The notes under the pieces: generated by a model | Told to the model about the DNA's origin: nothing | Database searches by the model: none | What the model saw: the letters and a program-made list of their open reading frames with translations, nothing else | Source of the DNA: an uncultured Bdellovibrionales bacterium | Lineage (GTDB): Bacteria; Patescibacteriota; Minisyncoccia; Moranbacterales; UBA1568 | Assembly: GCA_964384235.1 (NCBI GenBank) | Contig: CAYLJX010000003.1 | Span: forward strand, 72,389 to 136,388 | DNA length: 64,000 bases | Direction of reading: 5' to 3' | Translations under genes and position numbers: made by a program | Part shown: piece by piece, positions 10,939-20,870 of the stretch | Position numbering within the stretch: position 1 is the first letter of the stretch | How the letters are laid out: each line of letters opens with the position of its first letter

Positions 10939-10980
10939 GCAGCTTTTTAGCTTTTAGCTTCAATAGCTTTTTAGAGCTTA
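10939..10980 (-). promoter_or_regulatory. AAGCU-repeat 5' leader motif upstream of nrdR (similar blocks lie upstream of rpsU and rpsF)
   Basis: The mRNA strand reads AAAAGCUAUUGAAGCUAAAAGCUAAAAAGCUG immediately before the ATG; matching blocks at 16366-16403 and 27981-28020. Confidence 0.4.
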
Positions 10981-11092
10981 TCCATACTCTATATGACCGG
11001 CTGGTCTTGTCAAGAAAAGAAACCAAGCCGCCCAGCATTGCCGGACGGCTTGTCGATTGACCAAACGATCGAGTAGCTCCTAGAGAAATTCT

Positions 11093-11584
11093 TCAGACAG
11101 TCTCGGCTCGGGACGGATCCACGAGCTCGGACTCGTAACTGAAAGCTCTCTTGAGATCGAGAGCTGCCGGCTTGTCGAGGTAATTCCGGAAGCACTTTTC
11201 TTCCATCCGTTGTTCTTCAGATGAAGTACGCCTTCCGGTGAAATCGAACTTGTACAAATGATCGATAAGCCCCTTCGTCATCTCCCATTCTTCCGGAGGC
11301 AAATCGATGATGACCGAGATACACTGACAATATCCATGCCAGCCGTCATAGATGACGGAATAGACGTATACGCCGCCTCGGGTCACATCCCCTTCAGAAC
11401 AGAGACGATACACTTCGTACTCCATGGCTTCTCGTTCGAGATAACCCGATCGGCCACCATCCTTCTGGCGTACGGCGAGTTCCCGATACAGACGCCGCTT
11501 CCTCGACAGATGCCCCTTGAGAGACTGGAGAATCCGAGGGCCATCCCGCCCAGATTGAAGATACAACTTCACCACTTGCATCAC
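11093..11584 (-). CDS. Hypothetical protein
   Basis: 163-aa ORF with protein-like composition; no family recognised. Confidence 0.45.
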   Translation of the reverse strand: MMQVVKLYLQSGRDGPRILQSLKGHLSRKRRLYRELAVRQKDGGRSGYLEREAMEYEVYRLCSEGDVTRGGVYVYSVIYDGWHGYCQCISVIIDLPPEEWEMTKGLIDHLYKFDFTGRRTSSEEQRMEEKCFRNYLDKPAALDLKRAFSYESELVDPSRAETV

Positions 11585-11747
11585 ATGCCCCCTTTCCTGT
11601 TGTTAAGCCGTCCGAAAGCGGACAGCACACTCTAGCATACGACCGACAAACTTGTCTACAACAAAATAACGGGTATTCGACCGCAGGGCAAGCCCTGCAC
11701 CCGAATCTCCCGCGGCAAGCCGCGGGGTATTGACCCGATTTTACCGT

Positions 11748-11805
11748 CACTCCGCTCGGAAACGAAAGTGAACTTTCGTTTCGCTCGCTACGTTTGGTAA
11801 TAAAA
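11748..11805. repeat. Intergenic repeat family A, copy 1 (hairpin gaaacgaaag-tgaa-ctttcgtttc followed by GCTCGCTACGTTTGGTAATAAAA)
   Basis: Near-identical copies at 45887-45942 (same orientation) and 25081-25128 (reverse complement). Confidence 0.7.
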
Positions 11806-11889
11806 TCCGCCACAAAGGCGGATCTATGAAAATCTGCGAGATTGAATGTGAGGATTTAAAATTCTGAGTGCAGTTCGAGGAAGAGTCGA

Positions 11890-11960
11890 GGAGTGAAGTA
11901 AGCCGTACTGATGCAAGTACGGCGTCGAGCACCGGAAACTCTGACAAAGAAATGCGCCAG
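11890..11960. repeat. Intergenic repeat family C, copy 1 (hairpin GCCGTAC-tgatgcaa-GTACGGC followed by GTCGAGCACCGGAA...ACAAAGAAATG)
   Basis: A second copy at 30345-30414 is about 85% identical; both lie just 3' of minus-strand genes. Confidence 0.7.
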
Positions 11961-11974
11961 AATTTGAAATCCGT

Positions 11975-13207
11975 CTACTTTTTCATCTTCCGACGAATGA
12001 AGGCTGGAATCTCCAGGTCTTCTTCCTCCACCAGTTCCTTGGTCTCATGACGGACGGGAGCGGTGCGCGGCTGGATCTTCTCCTCGATGATCATGACCGG
12101 CTGCTCGATCTTGCGCGTGGGGAACACGATCTCTTCTTCCGGTTCCTCTTCGGGAAGCGTTTCTTCGGCTTCTTCGCGGGTGACGGAAAGGCGCGGCTTG
12201 GCGGCGGGTGTCACGCGGTTGGTGATGAGACCCAAGGAAGGCTCCTTGCGGGCGACATCGAAACCGGTCGCCACCACCGTGATCTGGATCTCACCCTTGC
12301 GGATCGTCTCGTCCATGACCGCGCCGAAGATGACTTTGGCATTGGGATCGATGTTTTCGGTGATGATATTGGCCGCTTCGTTGATCTCGAGCATGGCGAG
12401 GTCGCTCGAACCGGAAATATTGAAGAGCACGCCCTTGGCGCCGTCGATCGAAAGCTCGAGAAGCGGGCTGTTGATGGCGGCCTTGGCAGCTTCGGCGGCC
12501 CGGTTCTCACCGGAGGCGATACCGATACCCATGAGGGCGCTTCCGGAGTCTTCCATGATGGCGCGCACGTCAGCGAAGTCGACGTTCACGATACCGGGCT
12601 TGGTGATGAGGTCGGAGATACCCTGTACGCCCTGACGCAGCACGTCGTCGACGATGCGGAAGGCGTTCACGAGCGTCATCTTGCGGTCGATGATGGAGAG
12701 CAGCTTGTCATTAGGGATGGTGATGAGCGTGTCGACGCGGTCCTTGAGATTTTCGAGGGCCTCCTCGGCGATGGCACGCCGCTGCGATCCTTCGAAGGTG
12801 AACGGCTTGGTCACGACACCGACCGTGAGTGCGCCGAGTTCCTTGGCGGTCTCCGCGACGATCGGCGCGGCACCGGAACCGGTCCCGCCACCGAGACCGC
12901 AGGCGACAAACACCATGTCGGCCCCCTTGAGGACTTCCTGGATCTCATCACGGTTCTCCTCGGCCGCCTGGCGACCGATCTCCGGATTCATCCCGGCCCC
13001 GAGACCCTTGGTCAGGTTCTTGCCGATGTGCACTTTCTCCTGTGCCTTGGAATGATGCAGAGCCTGCGCATCGGTATTGATAGCGACGAACTCCACCCCC
13101 TTGATTTTGGCATCGATCATCCGGGAAATAGCGTTGTTTCCGGATCCCCCAACGCCCACGACTTTGATCTTGGCAAAGGTCTCGATATCGGGCTTGATTT
13201 CAGCCAT
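11975..13207 (-). CDS. ftsZ: Cell division protein FtsZ
   Basis: [26 protein letters not shown]...[10 protein letters not shown] tubulin signature; start taken at the MAEIK Met. Confidence 0.95.
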   Translation of the reverse strand: MAEIKPDIETFAKIKVVGVGGSGNNAISRMIDAKIKGVEFVAINTDAQALHHSKAQEKVHIGKNLTKGLGAGMNPEIGRQAAEENRDEIQEVLKGADMVFVACGLGGGTGSGAAPIVAETAKELGALTVGVVTKPFTFEGSQRRAIAEEALENLKDRVDTLITIPNDKLLSIIDRKMTLVNAFRIVDDVLRQGVQGISDLITKPGIVNVDFADVRAIMEDSGSALMGIGIASGENRAAEAAKAAINSPLLELSIDGAKGVLFNISGSSDLAMLEINEAANIITENIDPNAKVIFGAVMDETIRKGEIQITVVATGFDVARKEPSLGLITNRVTPAAKPRLSVTREEAEETLPEEEPEEEIVFPTRKIEQPVMIIEEKIQPRTAPVRHETKELVEEEDLEIPAFIRRKMKK

Positions 13208-13364
13208 ATGAGTGAAATGAGAAAAAATGATTCGTATGAAAAAACCCAAATCCGGAATTTCCTTGAAGCTCACTCTATCATACCAAAAGAAAGGGTGTCA
13301 AGAAAGTCCCTGCAGGAAACTGAGGGCGGAAAAAAGTTCTTTTTTTGTTTCTTTTGAGCTGTTT

Positions 13365-14621
13365 CTACGGCAGAAAACGCTTGGACCAGTGACGCACCTT
13401 ATCGAAAACGTCCTGCACTCCTTCCGGCATACCGGTCCACATCCTGTTCGGAACGAAACCCTTCTTCGTACTGTTCTGCTGCGCCAGAAGGACCAATCCG
13501 ACCGCCGTCGCGAATTGCGGGTTATCCACCTGGTCGAGGATACCGCCGAGAGCCTTCGGATATCCGACCTGAGCCGGCAACCGCAGGGTCTTCTTGGCAA
13601 GGTCGATCGTCCCAGGAAGAAGCGCTCCGCCGCCGGTGAGCACCGTACCGCCCGGAAGGAGTCCTTCGCGTCCGATGCTCTTGAGCTCGCCGTTCACGAA
13701 CGTGAAGATTTCCTCAAGGCGCGCCTCGATGATCTCGGCCACATGGCGTCGTGAGACCAATCCTTCCTCCTGCGAATCGAACATGCCGAGATCGATCTCA
13801 TCTTTCTTGTTGATCTCTTCGGGGAGAGCCGATCCATACTGGAGCTTGACCGCCTCGGCCACCTCGATCGACGTCCGCAATCCGATGGCGATGTCGTTGG
13901 TGATATGTCCGGCGCCGACGGGCAGGACGGAAAGATGCAGCAGGTCGCTGTCTTCGAACACCGCGAGTGATGTCGTGCTGCCGCCGATATTGATGAGCAC
14001 CACGCCGAGTTCCTTCTGCTTCCCGGAAAGGACGGCCTCCGCCGACGCAAGCGGTTCCACGACGAAACTCTCCGCACTCGTCCCGGCCGTCTCCAGCGTC
14101 CGGGTGATGTTCTTGAGATGAGATGTGCTCCCGCTGATGACCAGAGCGTTCATCTCGAGGCGCACCCCGCGCATCCCCAAGGGATTCTTGATATTCTTCT
14201 GGTCATCGAGACGATAGTCCTTCGGGATGACATGGATGATCTCGCGGTTGAGCGGCATGGTGAGGCGCGCCTGCACTTCTTCCAGGACACGCGTCATATC
14301 ATCCTCTGCTACCTCGCCGTCCGCCCGACCGACGGCCACCACCCCGAGGGCGTCCTGGCAGGCGATCTCCGTTCCCGAAACGCTCACCGTCACGCTCTCG
14401 GCCGGATGCCCCGCCATGCGTTCCGCGTGTTCGAGTGCGGCGTTGACCGACTTGGCCACCGCCTCGGTATCAACGACCGTTCCACGGCGGATACCGGCCG
14501 AAGGAACGACGCCGACCCCGACGACGCGAAGCGGCTCCTCGGGAGAAACCTCCTGGGCGATGATGGCACGCACATCGGAAGAACCGATATCGAGTCCGAC
14601 GTAGTAAAGCCCTTTGGACAT
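13365..14621 (-). CDS. ftsA: Cell division protein FtsA
   Basis: MSKGLYYVGLDIGSSDVRAIIAQ... actin-like ATPase, located upstream of ftsZ. Confidence 0.9.
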   Translation of the reverse strand: MSKGLYYVGLDIGSSDVRAIIAQEVSPEEPLRVVGVGVVPSAGIRRGTVVDTEAVAKSVNAALEHAERMAGHPAESVTVSVSGTEIACQDALGVVAVGRADGEVAEDDMTRVLEEVQARLTMPLNREIIHVIPKDYRLDDQKNIKNPLGMRGVRLEMNALVISGSTSHLKNITRTLETAGTSAESFVVEPLASAEAVLSGKQKELGVVLINIGGSTTSLAVFEDSDLLHLSVLPVGAGHITNDIAIGLRTSIEVAEAVKLQYGSALPEEINKKDEIDLGMFDSQEEGLVSRRHVAEIIEARLEEIFTFVNGELKSIGREGLLPGGTVLTGGGALLPGTIDLAKKTLRLPAQVGYPKALGGILDQVDNPQFATAVGLVLLAQQNSTKKGFVPNRMWTGMPEGVQDVFDKVRHWSKRFLP

Positions 14622-14730
14622 ACGAGATTGAAAGCGCTATTGCAAAAAGGAAACCAGGAGCTTCAAGGACGAAGCTCTGTAGTCCTTATTATACCCCGAA
14701 AGGTTTTTGCTGCAAAGCGGATCCCGTCCT

Positions 14731-15084
14731 TTACAGGGCTATGAGATATGGCGAGAAGATGATGAGACCGATGATCAGGGCGGCGATCGAAGTCAGAAGG
14801 ACTGCTCCCGCCATCATATCCTTGATGACCTTGGCATAAGGATGGACGCGCGGCTTGAGGATATCCATCACCCGTTCCAGGGCCGTGTTCACGAGTTCCA
14901 GCGAAAGCACCCCCACGATGGCGAAGATGAGTATCGCCCGCTCCCCCGCCGAAAGCGGCAAGACGATCATCAATATCCCGACGATCGCGGCCACCACGCA
15001 TTCGATCTGGAAATTCCGCTCCCGACGAAGCGCGAACAGGATTCCCTTGAACGCGTACCGGAAACTCTTCACGATGCGACTCAT
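14731..15084 (-). CDS. dgkA: Diacylglycerol kinase (DgkA family)
   Basis: 117-aa protein with 3 TM helices, RNFQIE..NTALE family pattern. Confidence 0.75.
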   Translation of the reverse strand: MSRIVKSFRYAFKGILFALRRERNFQIECVVAAIVGILMIVLPLSAGERAILIFAIVGVLSLELVNTALERVMDILKPRVHPYAKVIKDMMAGAVLLTSIAALIIGLIIFSPYLIAL

Positions 15085-15095
15085 ATTCGATACTG

Positions 15096-15560
15096 CTAGT
15101 GTTTGTTTTTTTTCATCATCTCCGACGTGACGGTATCCTGGATTCCGAACATCTCGTCACTGTGATCGAACCCGAGGAGGTGAAGCACGCCATGGGAGAA
15201 GATATATGCCATCTCGTGTTCGGCAGTCACCTCGTCTTCCTCGGCGGCCGAGAGGATATAATCGGTGCAGAAAATGAGGTCTCCGAGGAAGATCTCATCC
15301 TCCTTGTTTGCTTCCAGTATAGCGGTATTCTCGAATTCTCCAAAAGACAGGATGTCCGTCACGGTATCCTTTCCGCGGTACTGCGCATTGAGGGCGCGGA
15401 TTTTTTCTTCCGTCACGGACACCGCGTTCACGGACACCTTTTTCTTGGCCAGGAGCCCCGGCAAACCGGCCTGCTCGCATGTTTTCAGAGCGATGGTCCG
15501 CAGGAAATCCTCCTCGAAAGGAGTCGGGGCTTCGGGCGTGAAAGACAGGACTACCCGCAT
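15096..15560 (-). CDS. ybeY: Endoribonuclease YbeY (rRNA maturation factor)
   Basis: C-terminal HGVLHLLGFDH metal-binding motif. Confidence 0.85.
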   Translation of the reverse strand: MRVVLSFTPEAPTPFEEDFLRTIALKTCEQAGLPGLLAKKKVSVNAVSVTEEKIRALNAQYRGKDTVTDILSFGEFENTAILEANKEDEIFLGDLIFCTDYILSAAEEDEVTAEHEMAYIFSHGVLHLLGFDHSDEMFGIQDTVTSEMMKKNKH

Positions 15561-15563
15561 ACC

Positions 15564-16016
15564 CTATGACAGGAGACTCTCCACGACGGCGCGCACCTCG
15601 TCACCGGTCGCACGACCCGTGACTTTCTTCATCGCGGCTCCCATCACCTTGCCCATGTCTCCTTTCGATGTCGCGCCGGTTTCCTTGATCGTTTCTTCCA
15701 CGATCGCACGCAGTTCCGCTTCCGGCATGCTCGCCGGAAGATACCCTGACAGGAGTTCCAGCTCGGCCTGTTCCTGCGCTGCCAGATCCTCCCGTCCTCC
15801 GGCCCGGTACTGCTCGATGCTGTCCTTCCGCTGCTTGACCATCCGGCGGATCACCTCGACGATTTCCTCGTCAGAAAACTCGGCCGCCGGCTTGCGCTTA
15901 TCGATGGCCGCATTTTTCACGGCGCTCTGAAGAAGACGGAGCGTATCACGCCTCGCCGTATCACCCGACTTCATGGCTTCCTTTAGCTGGTCCCCGATGG
16001 TTTGGAAGAGAGACAT
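15564..16016 (-). CDS. GatB/YqeY domain protein
   Basis: The whole protein is a YqeY-like helical domain (MSLFQTIGDQLKEAMKSGD..). Confidence 0.75.
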   Translation of the reverse strand: MSLFQTIGDQLKEAMKSGDTARRDTLRLLQSAVKNAAIDKRKPAAEFSDEEIVEVIRRMVKQRKDSIEQYRAGGREDLAAQEQAELELLSGYLPASMPEAELRAIVEETIKETGATSKGDMGKVMGAAMKKVTGRATGDEVRAVVESLLS

Positions 16017-16092
16017 AACGTGGAAGAGTTATTGTTTTATAATCGCATAGCTCCACCAAAGACGATGAAACTATGCAGACAAGAAAACAAAT

Positions 16093-16347
16093 TTAGCGAT
16101 TCAATTTCTTCTTGATGTCGCGGAGCGCCTCATCATCGAACTTGCCCATCTTCTTCAGACGGTCGATTTCCTTGCGGATCTTCACTTTGTAGAGGGCTTC
16201 GGAGCGACGCTTGTCACGGCTCTGTTCTTCGGCACGGAAACGCAGTTTGCGGACGCGCTTCAAGACGCCGCTCTGCTGCACGCGGCGCGAAAAACGCCGA
16301 ATGAGACTTTCAGCGGTTTCCCGTTCCTTTCGTTTTACCTGGATCAT
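16093..16347 (-). CDS. rpsU: 30S ribosomal protein S21
   Basis: MIQVKRKERETAESLIRRFSRRVQQSGVLKRVRK..; AAAGGAGG Shine-Dalgarno upstream. Confidence 0.9.
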   Translation of the reverse strand: MIQVKRKERETAESLIRRFSRRVQQSGVLKRVRKLRFRAEEQSRDKRRSEALYKVKIRKEIDRLKKMGKFDDEALRDIKKKLNR

Positions 16348-16441
16348 AGAAAAACCTCCTTTCTCAAGCTAGCTTGTAGCTTCTTAGCTTTTAGCTTTCA
16401 AGAAAACCAAGAGCAAAGAAACCGCAAACGTAAAACTTCTA

Positions 16442-16795
16442 TCAATTAATGGGATGAATATTCTCCGAGAGTCTCGCCCCACCGATGAGATGTAGGTGGA
16501 GATGTGGAATCTCCTGCCCGCCATCTCTTCCGACCCGAAATAAGAGCTTATACCCTTTTTCGGAAATTTTCAAGTCCCGGGCGATATCGCGGGCCACGAG
16601 GAACATCTTCCCGACGATCCGCTCATCCCCGTCCGCCATCTCGGCGATCGAGACGATCAGCTTTTTCGGAACGATGAGAACATGGACCGGAGCGATCGGA
16701 TGGATGTCATGGAACGCCATCAGCTCGTCATCCTCGTAAAGGAATTCCTTCGGAATCTCACGGTCACGGATTTTTTCGAAGACGGTCTTTTCCAT
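16442..16795 (-). CDS. HIT-family (histidine triad) hydrolase
   Basis: C-terminal HLHLHLIGG histidine-triad motif. Confidence 0.85.
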   Translation of the reverse strand: MEKTVFEKIRDREIPKEFLYEDDELMAFHDIHPIAPVHVLIVPKKLIVSIAEMADGDERIVGKMFLVARDIARDLKISEKGYKLLFRVGRDGGQEIPHLHLHLIGGARLSENIHPIN

Positions 16796-16804
16796 ACATG
16801 ATCG

Positions 16805-18295
16805 TTACATGGACTCCTCATCAGTGATTTTCGCGATAGGAGGCAAGGTACCGAGCGCCTGATTGCTCTTCAGGATCTTTTTCACCGCATCCACGAGTCT
16901 CGCCTGGGTCACGGTTTCCTGCGTGCCGGACACCATGTCCTTGACGATGACCGTCTCGTCGAGCGCCTCTTTCTGACCGATGATGAGCGTGATCTCGACA
17001 CCGAGACGGTTGGCGACACGAAGCTGCGATTTGAGACTGCCGCGACCGAAGCTCTCCGCGATGAGGATACCGTTCTTCTCGAGTTCCGAGAACAGCTTGA
17101 GACTCTTCTTCTTGGCCATGTCGCCGAGCTGCGCGAGGAAGACGCGGGCCTTCGGCTGCTCGTAGGGCTTCACCTGGGTGCGCTTCATTTCCAACACGAT
17201 GCGGTCGAGGCCGAGACCGAAACCGATGGCCGACGTCGCCTCCCCACCCATCGACTCCACCAGGCGGTCATAACGGCCGCCGCCGCCGAGCGAGTAGCTT
17301 TTGCCTTCCTTGTCGGAAGAGCGGATCTCAAACACCGTCCGGGTGTAATAGTCGAGACCGCGCACCAGACGGGTATTGATGGAATACGGAAGCTCCAGCT
17401 CGTCGAGATACTCGAGGAGCCGCTTGAAATGCTCGCGTGATTCCGGATCGAGATAGTCCAGGGACTGCGGCGCGTGAGCGGTGAGCTGGATGCACTTGTC
17501 TTCCTTACAGTCGAGGATGCGCATCGGGTTGCTCGTCAGGCGCTCGCGGCAGTTCTGACAGAGCTTGTGCTTCTGCGATTCGAGATACCGCACCAGGGCC
17601 TTCTCATAGTCGCGCCTCGTCTCCGGCATACCGATGGAGTTCACCTGGAACTCGATGTTCTTGAGCCCCAGAGACTGCACCACGCGGTAGGCGAGCTGGA
17701 TGGTCTGGGCGTCGAGTACCGGGTCGCTCTCCCCGAACATGTCGAAGTTGGCCTGCCAGAATTCGCGGTATCGACCCTCCTGCGGACGGTCATAGCGGTA
17801 GACCGGTCCCATCGAAAAGAGGCGTACCGGCTTGGGCAGGACTCCCATGCCGTGCTCGATGAAAGCACGGGCGATGCTTGCGGTGAACTCCGGACGGAGC
17901 GCCACCTTGTCGCCGCCTCGGGTCGTGAAGAGGTACATCTCCTTGTCCACGATGTCCGTCCCCTCTCCCACCGAACGGGTGAAGAGATGCGCGTATTCGA
18001 CGAGCGGCGTATCGATCCGCTGAAAACCGTACTCGGTCGAGGCATGGGTGAGCACCTTGCGCACCCGCTCCCAGTACGGCTGCTCGTCCGGCAGGATGTC
18101 GCGCATCCCACGAAGCGCCTGGAGAAGCATCTCTTCCTGACTGGCCTGCGGCGTCGCGACCTTTTTGGCGATGGCACGCTTGGTCGAAAGCGTTTCGGTC
18201 TTCTTGCCGGAAGGTTTCTTCGAGACGGTCTTTTTCGCCGACTTCTCCTTCGCCTTCACGACTGCCTTGCTATTGGAAGCTTTTTTCTGAGCCAT
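16805..18295 (-). CDS. hisS: Histidyl-tRNA synthetase with a Lys-rich ~55-aa N-terminal extension (alternative start at 18130)
   Basis: ..LRGMRDILPDEQPYW.. class II aaRS motifs and a C-terminal anticodon-binding domain; the N-terminus reads MAQKKASNSKAVVKAKEKSAKKTVSKKPSGKK. Confidence 0.9.
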   Translation of the reverse strand: MAQKKASNSKAVVKAKEKSAKKTVSKKPSGKKTETLSTKRAIAKKVATPQASQEEMLLQALRGMRDILPDEQPYWERVRKVLTHASTEYGFQRIDTPLVEYAHLFTRSVGEGTDIVDKEMYLFTTRGGDKVALRPEFTASIARAFIEHGMGVLPKPVRLFSMGPVYRYDRPQEGRYREFWQANFDMFGESDPVLDAQTIQLAYRVVQSLGLKNIEFQVNSIGMPETRRDYEKALVRYLESQKHKLCQNCRERLTSNPMRILDCKEDKCIQLTAHAPQSLDYLDPESREHFKRLLEYLDELELPYSINTRLVRGLDYYTRTVFEIRSSDKEGKSYSLGGGGRYDRLVESMGGEATSAIGFGLGLDRIVLEMKRTQVKPYEQPKARVFLAQLGDMAKKKSLKLFSELEKNGILIAESFGRGSLKSQLRVANRLGVEITLIIGQKEALDETVIVKDMVSGTQETVTQARLVDAVKKILKSNQALGTLPPIAKITDEESM

Positions 18296-18313
18296 ACGAT
18301 CTCATGAAAAGTA

Positions 18314-19018
18314 TTAATAAATCGAGAACCGACCGACCGGCCACGCCCGCAGCAATACTCGTCCGATAATCTTGTCCTCCTTGATCGGACCGATGGCCCG
18401 CGAGTCATAGCTGAACATCCGGTTGTCTCCCATCATGAAGTATTCGTTCTCTCCCAGCTTCATCTTCGGCATATCCTGAGTCAGGATATTCGGAGAGAGA
18501 TAGGCACTCTCATCGAGCACGAAACCGTCCGGATGGATATCGTTCGTGATGATCACCTTGCCGCGCCGGATCTCCACCGTCTCACCGGGAAGCCCGATGA
18601 CGCGCTTGATGAAATACTGCTCCGGATTCTTGGGATAGTGGAACACGGCGACCTCCTGGCGTCCGATAGTCTTGAACGGCTTGACGACGAACCCCCTGGT
18701 ATCGCCGAGTGACACGTCCGTCTGCTTGTAACCGAACTCGCTGATCACCAGGTATTCGCCGTCCTCGAAGTTCGGCTCCATGCTCGATCCCTGGACAAAA
18801 AACGGCTGGAACAAAAAGACCCGAACCGGTATAATGATGACTACGGCCAAGAGAAAAACCTTGACCATCTCCATGAGCAGACCTCCGATGCCCAGATAGG
18901 CCGGCTCCTCCTCAGGCTGCGAGAAATTGTGCGGGTACTCTCCCATATTTTCCCTCCATATTACGCTAAAAACAGGCAAAAACACTTGCATTGTAACAGA
19001 TTTTTGATGCCAAAGCAA
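18314..19018 (-). CDS. lepB: Signal peptidase I
   Basis: TM anchor followed by GSSMEPNFEDGEYLVISEF (catalytic Ser box) and a GDNR..SYDSR box. Confidence 0.85.
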   Translation of the reverse strand: MLWHQKSVTMQVFLPVFSVIWRENMGEYPHNFSQPEEEPAYLGIGGLLMEMVKVFLLAVVIIIPVRVFLFQPFFVQGSSMEPNFEDGEYLVISEFGYKQTDVSLGDTRGFVVKPFKTIGRQEVAVFHYPKNPEQYFIKRVIGLPGETVEIRRGKVIITNDIHPDGFVLDESAYLSPNILTQDMPKMKLGENEYFMMGDNRMFSYDSRAIGPIKEDKIIGRVLLRAWPVGRFSIY

Positions 19019-19058
19019 GGGTGTCCTCCGCCTGAAAAAACCTTCTTTCTCGCCTCAT

Positions 19059-20672
19059 ATGGACAGCCTCCGCAGAATCCCACCCCAAAGAGCCCAGCGA
19101 GGCAAAGAAAAGCCGAAACCGAGACGTTTCGCTCTTCCTCCGAAGGAATCATTGCCGTATCCTCCTGAGATTCCCGCTCCGAAATCCGAACCCTCGAAAC
19201 GGTCCGTGTCCCGCTTTTTCCGGGTCGCATTTTTGTCCCTGTTTTTCGCTTTTCTCGGCGTCGCGCTCCTCGCCGGCCTCTTCATCGTCTTCAAAGGGTT
19301 TTCCATCGGAAAAAAGATCTCTGTCGTCAACGACAACGCCCCTTCCCTCCTCTCCCAGATCAAAAGCCTGACGACGACCTGGCTCACCGATACGCGTGTA
19401 CCCCTTCGAGGCGAAGAAGGCGGCCGCATCAACATCCTCCTCCTCGGCCGGGCCGGCGAACACTACCCCGGCAGAAATCTCACCGATACCGTCATGGTGA
19501 TGAGCATCGACACCGAGACCAAGAAGGTCGCGCTTCTCTCATTGCCGCGCGACCTCTACGTGCCCATCGCCGACACCGCCCTCTACACCAAACTGAACTC
19601 CGTCTACCAGTACGGCCTCGGCAACCAGGACGGACCGGAGACGATCCGTGGCACCATCGAGGAAGTGACCGGGCTTCCGCTTCACTACTTCGCCATCCTC
19701 GATTTCGACGGTTTCGAACAGGCGGTCGATGCCATCGGCGGCATCTCAGTGGACGTCGTACGCGATTTCTACGATCCACGCTACCCGGGCAAGAACTACA
19801 GCTACGAGACCTTTGAGATCAAGAAGGGCTGGCAGGAGCTCGATGGCAAGACAGCACTCAAATATGTGCGCGAACGTCACAACGATCCGGAGGGAGACTT
19901 CGGCCGTGCCAAACGCCAGCAGCAGGTGATCCAGGCCATCAAGGAAAAAGCGTTCTCGACCGGGACATTCCTCAACGTCTTCGCCCTCAACCGGCTCCTC
20001 GACACGCTTGGTGAAAACGTCATGACCGACATGACGCTCGACGAAATGCAAAGTTTCCTCGAACTGACGAAAACGCTCGATACCCGGAATGTCACCTCGT
20101 TCGTCGTCGATGCCTGGAAACGTGACAGTCTGCTCCGTGTCTCGCACCTGGAGCTTGGCGGCGTACGTGCCTTCATCCTCGTACCGCGCACCGGCAACTG
20201 GAGCGAGATCCATGACGTCGCGCAAAGTATCTTCTCGCTCGACGAGCTGAAGAAACGCCGCGAACGGATCGCTTCCGAAGAGCCTTCTCTCCTGGTCCTG
20301 GCGAGCCCCGACGCCCTCGCCGCCGCACAGAAATTCGCCCGCCTCGCCAAGGACGAGAGGGGTTTCCAAGAGACCGCCGTACGGACAGTGAAAGCGTTGG
20401 CTGAAACGCCGGAAAAGAGTATCATAAGAGACGACACAGGTCTCGGGAAGCCCTACAGTCTCGATGAGCTCCTGAAAAAGTTTCCTCTGGAGAAAAGCGA
20501 TACGCTCCCCTACGATGTTCCCGCCGGTATCCATCCCGATTTCGTCGTCGTCTTCGGCCAAGACCTCCGGGACGCTCTCGACTTCGATGAGACGGCCTCC
20601 GACGAGACGGTCCTCCAAAACGACAACGATTTCTCCGAACCCCTGACTCCGCAGGAAAAGAAGAAGCGTTAA
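19059..20672 (+). CDS. LytR/CpsA/Psr (LCP) family cell-envelope phosphotransferase
   Basis: N-terminal TM anchor, then INILLLGRAGEHYPGRNLTDTVMVMSIDTETKKVALLSLPRDLYVPI and ALKYVRERH LCP signatures. Confidence 0.85.
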   Translation: MDSLRRIPPQRAQRGKEKPKPRRFALPPKESLPYPPEIPAPKSEPSKRSVSRFFRVAFLSLFFAFLGVALLAGLFIVFKGFSIGKKISVVNDNAPSLLSQIKSLTTTWLTDTRVPLRGEEGGRINILLLGRAGEHYPGRNLTDTVMVMSIDTETKKVALLSLPRDLYVPIADTALYTKLNSVYQYGLGNQDGPETIRGTIEEVTGLPLHYFAILDFDGFEQAVDAIGGISVDVVRDFYDPRYPGKNYSYETFEIKKGWQELDGKTALKYVRERHNDPEGDFGRAKRQQQVIQAIKEKAFSTGTFLNVFALNRLLDTLGENVMTDMTLDEMQSFLELTKTLDTRNVTSFVVDAWKRDSLLRVSHLELGGVRAFILVPRTGNWSEIHDVAQSIFSLDELKKRRERIASEEPSLLVLASPDALAAAQKFARLAKDERGFQETAVRTVKALAETPEKSIIRDDTGLGKPYSLDELLKKFPLEKSDTLPYDVPAGIHPDFVVVFGQDLRDALDFDETASDETVLQNDNDFSEPLTPQEKKKR

Positions 20673-20870
20673 CCCGTATTCAATCGTTCAGTATCAGAAG
20701 TAATTTTTTTCCGACTCGCCAAACTCGAACGCTCTTTCGGTTCCCAAAAAAGTCCGCCCCCGGTCAACGGCGGAGAAGCCGACTTTTTTGAACCGAAAGG
20801 CCTTCTCGGACAGTGCCGAGTTCGGCGAAAAAATTCTTCTGACACTGAACGTTAACTCCCTCAGTCTCAT

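Noticed and set aside
11868-12050. 60-aa + ORF across repeat family C
   Set aside because: It is a translation of the repeat element, in the intergenic region 3' of ftsZ.
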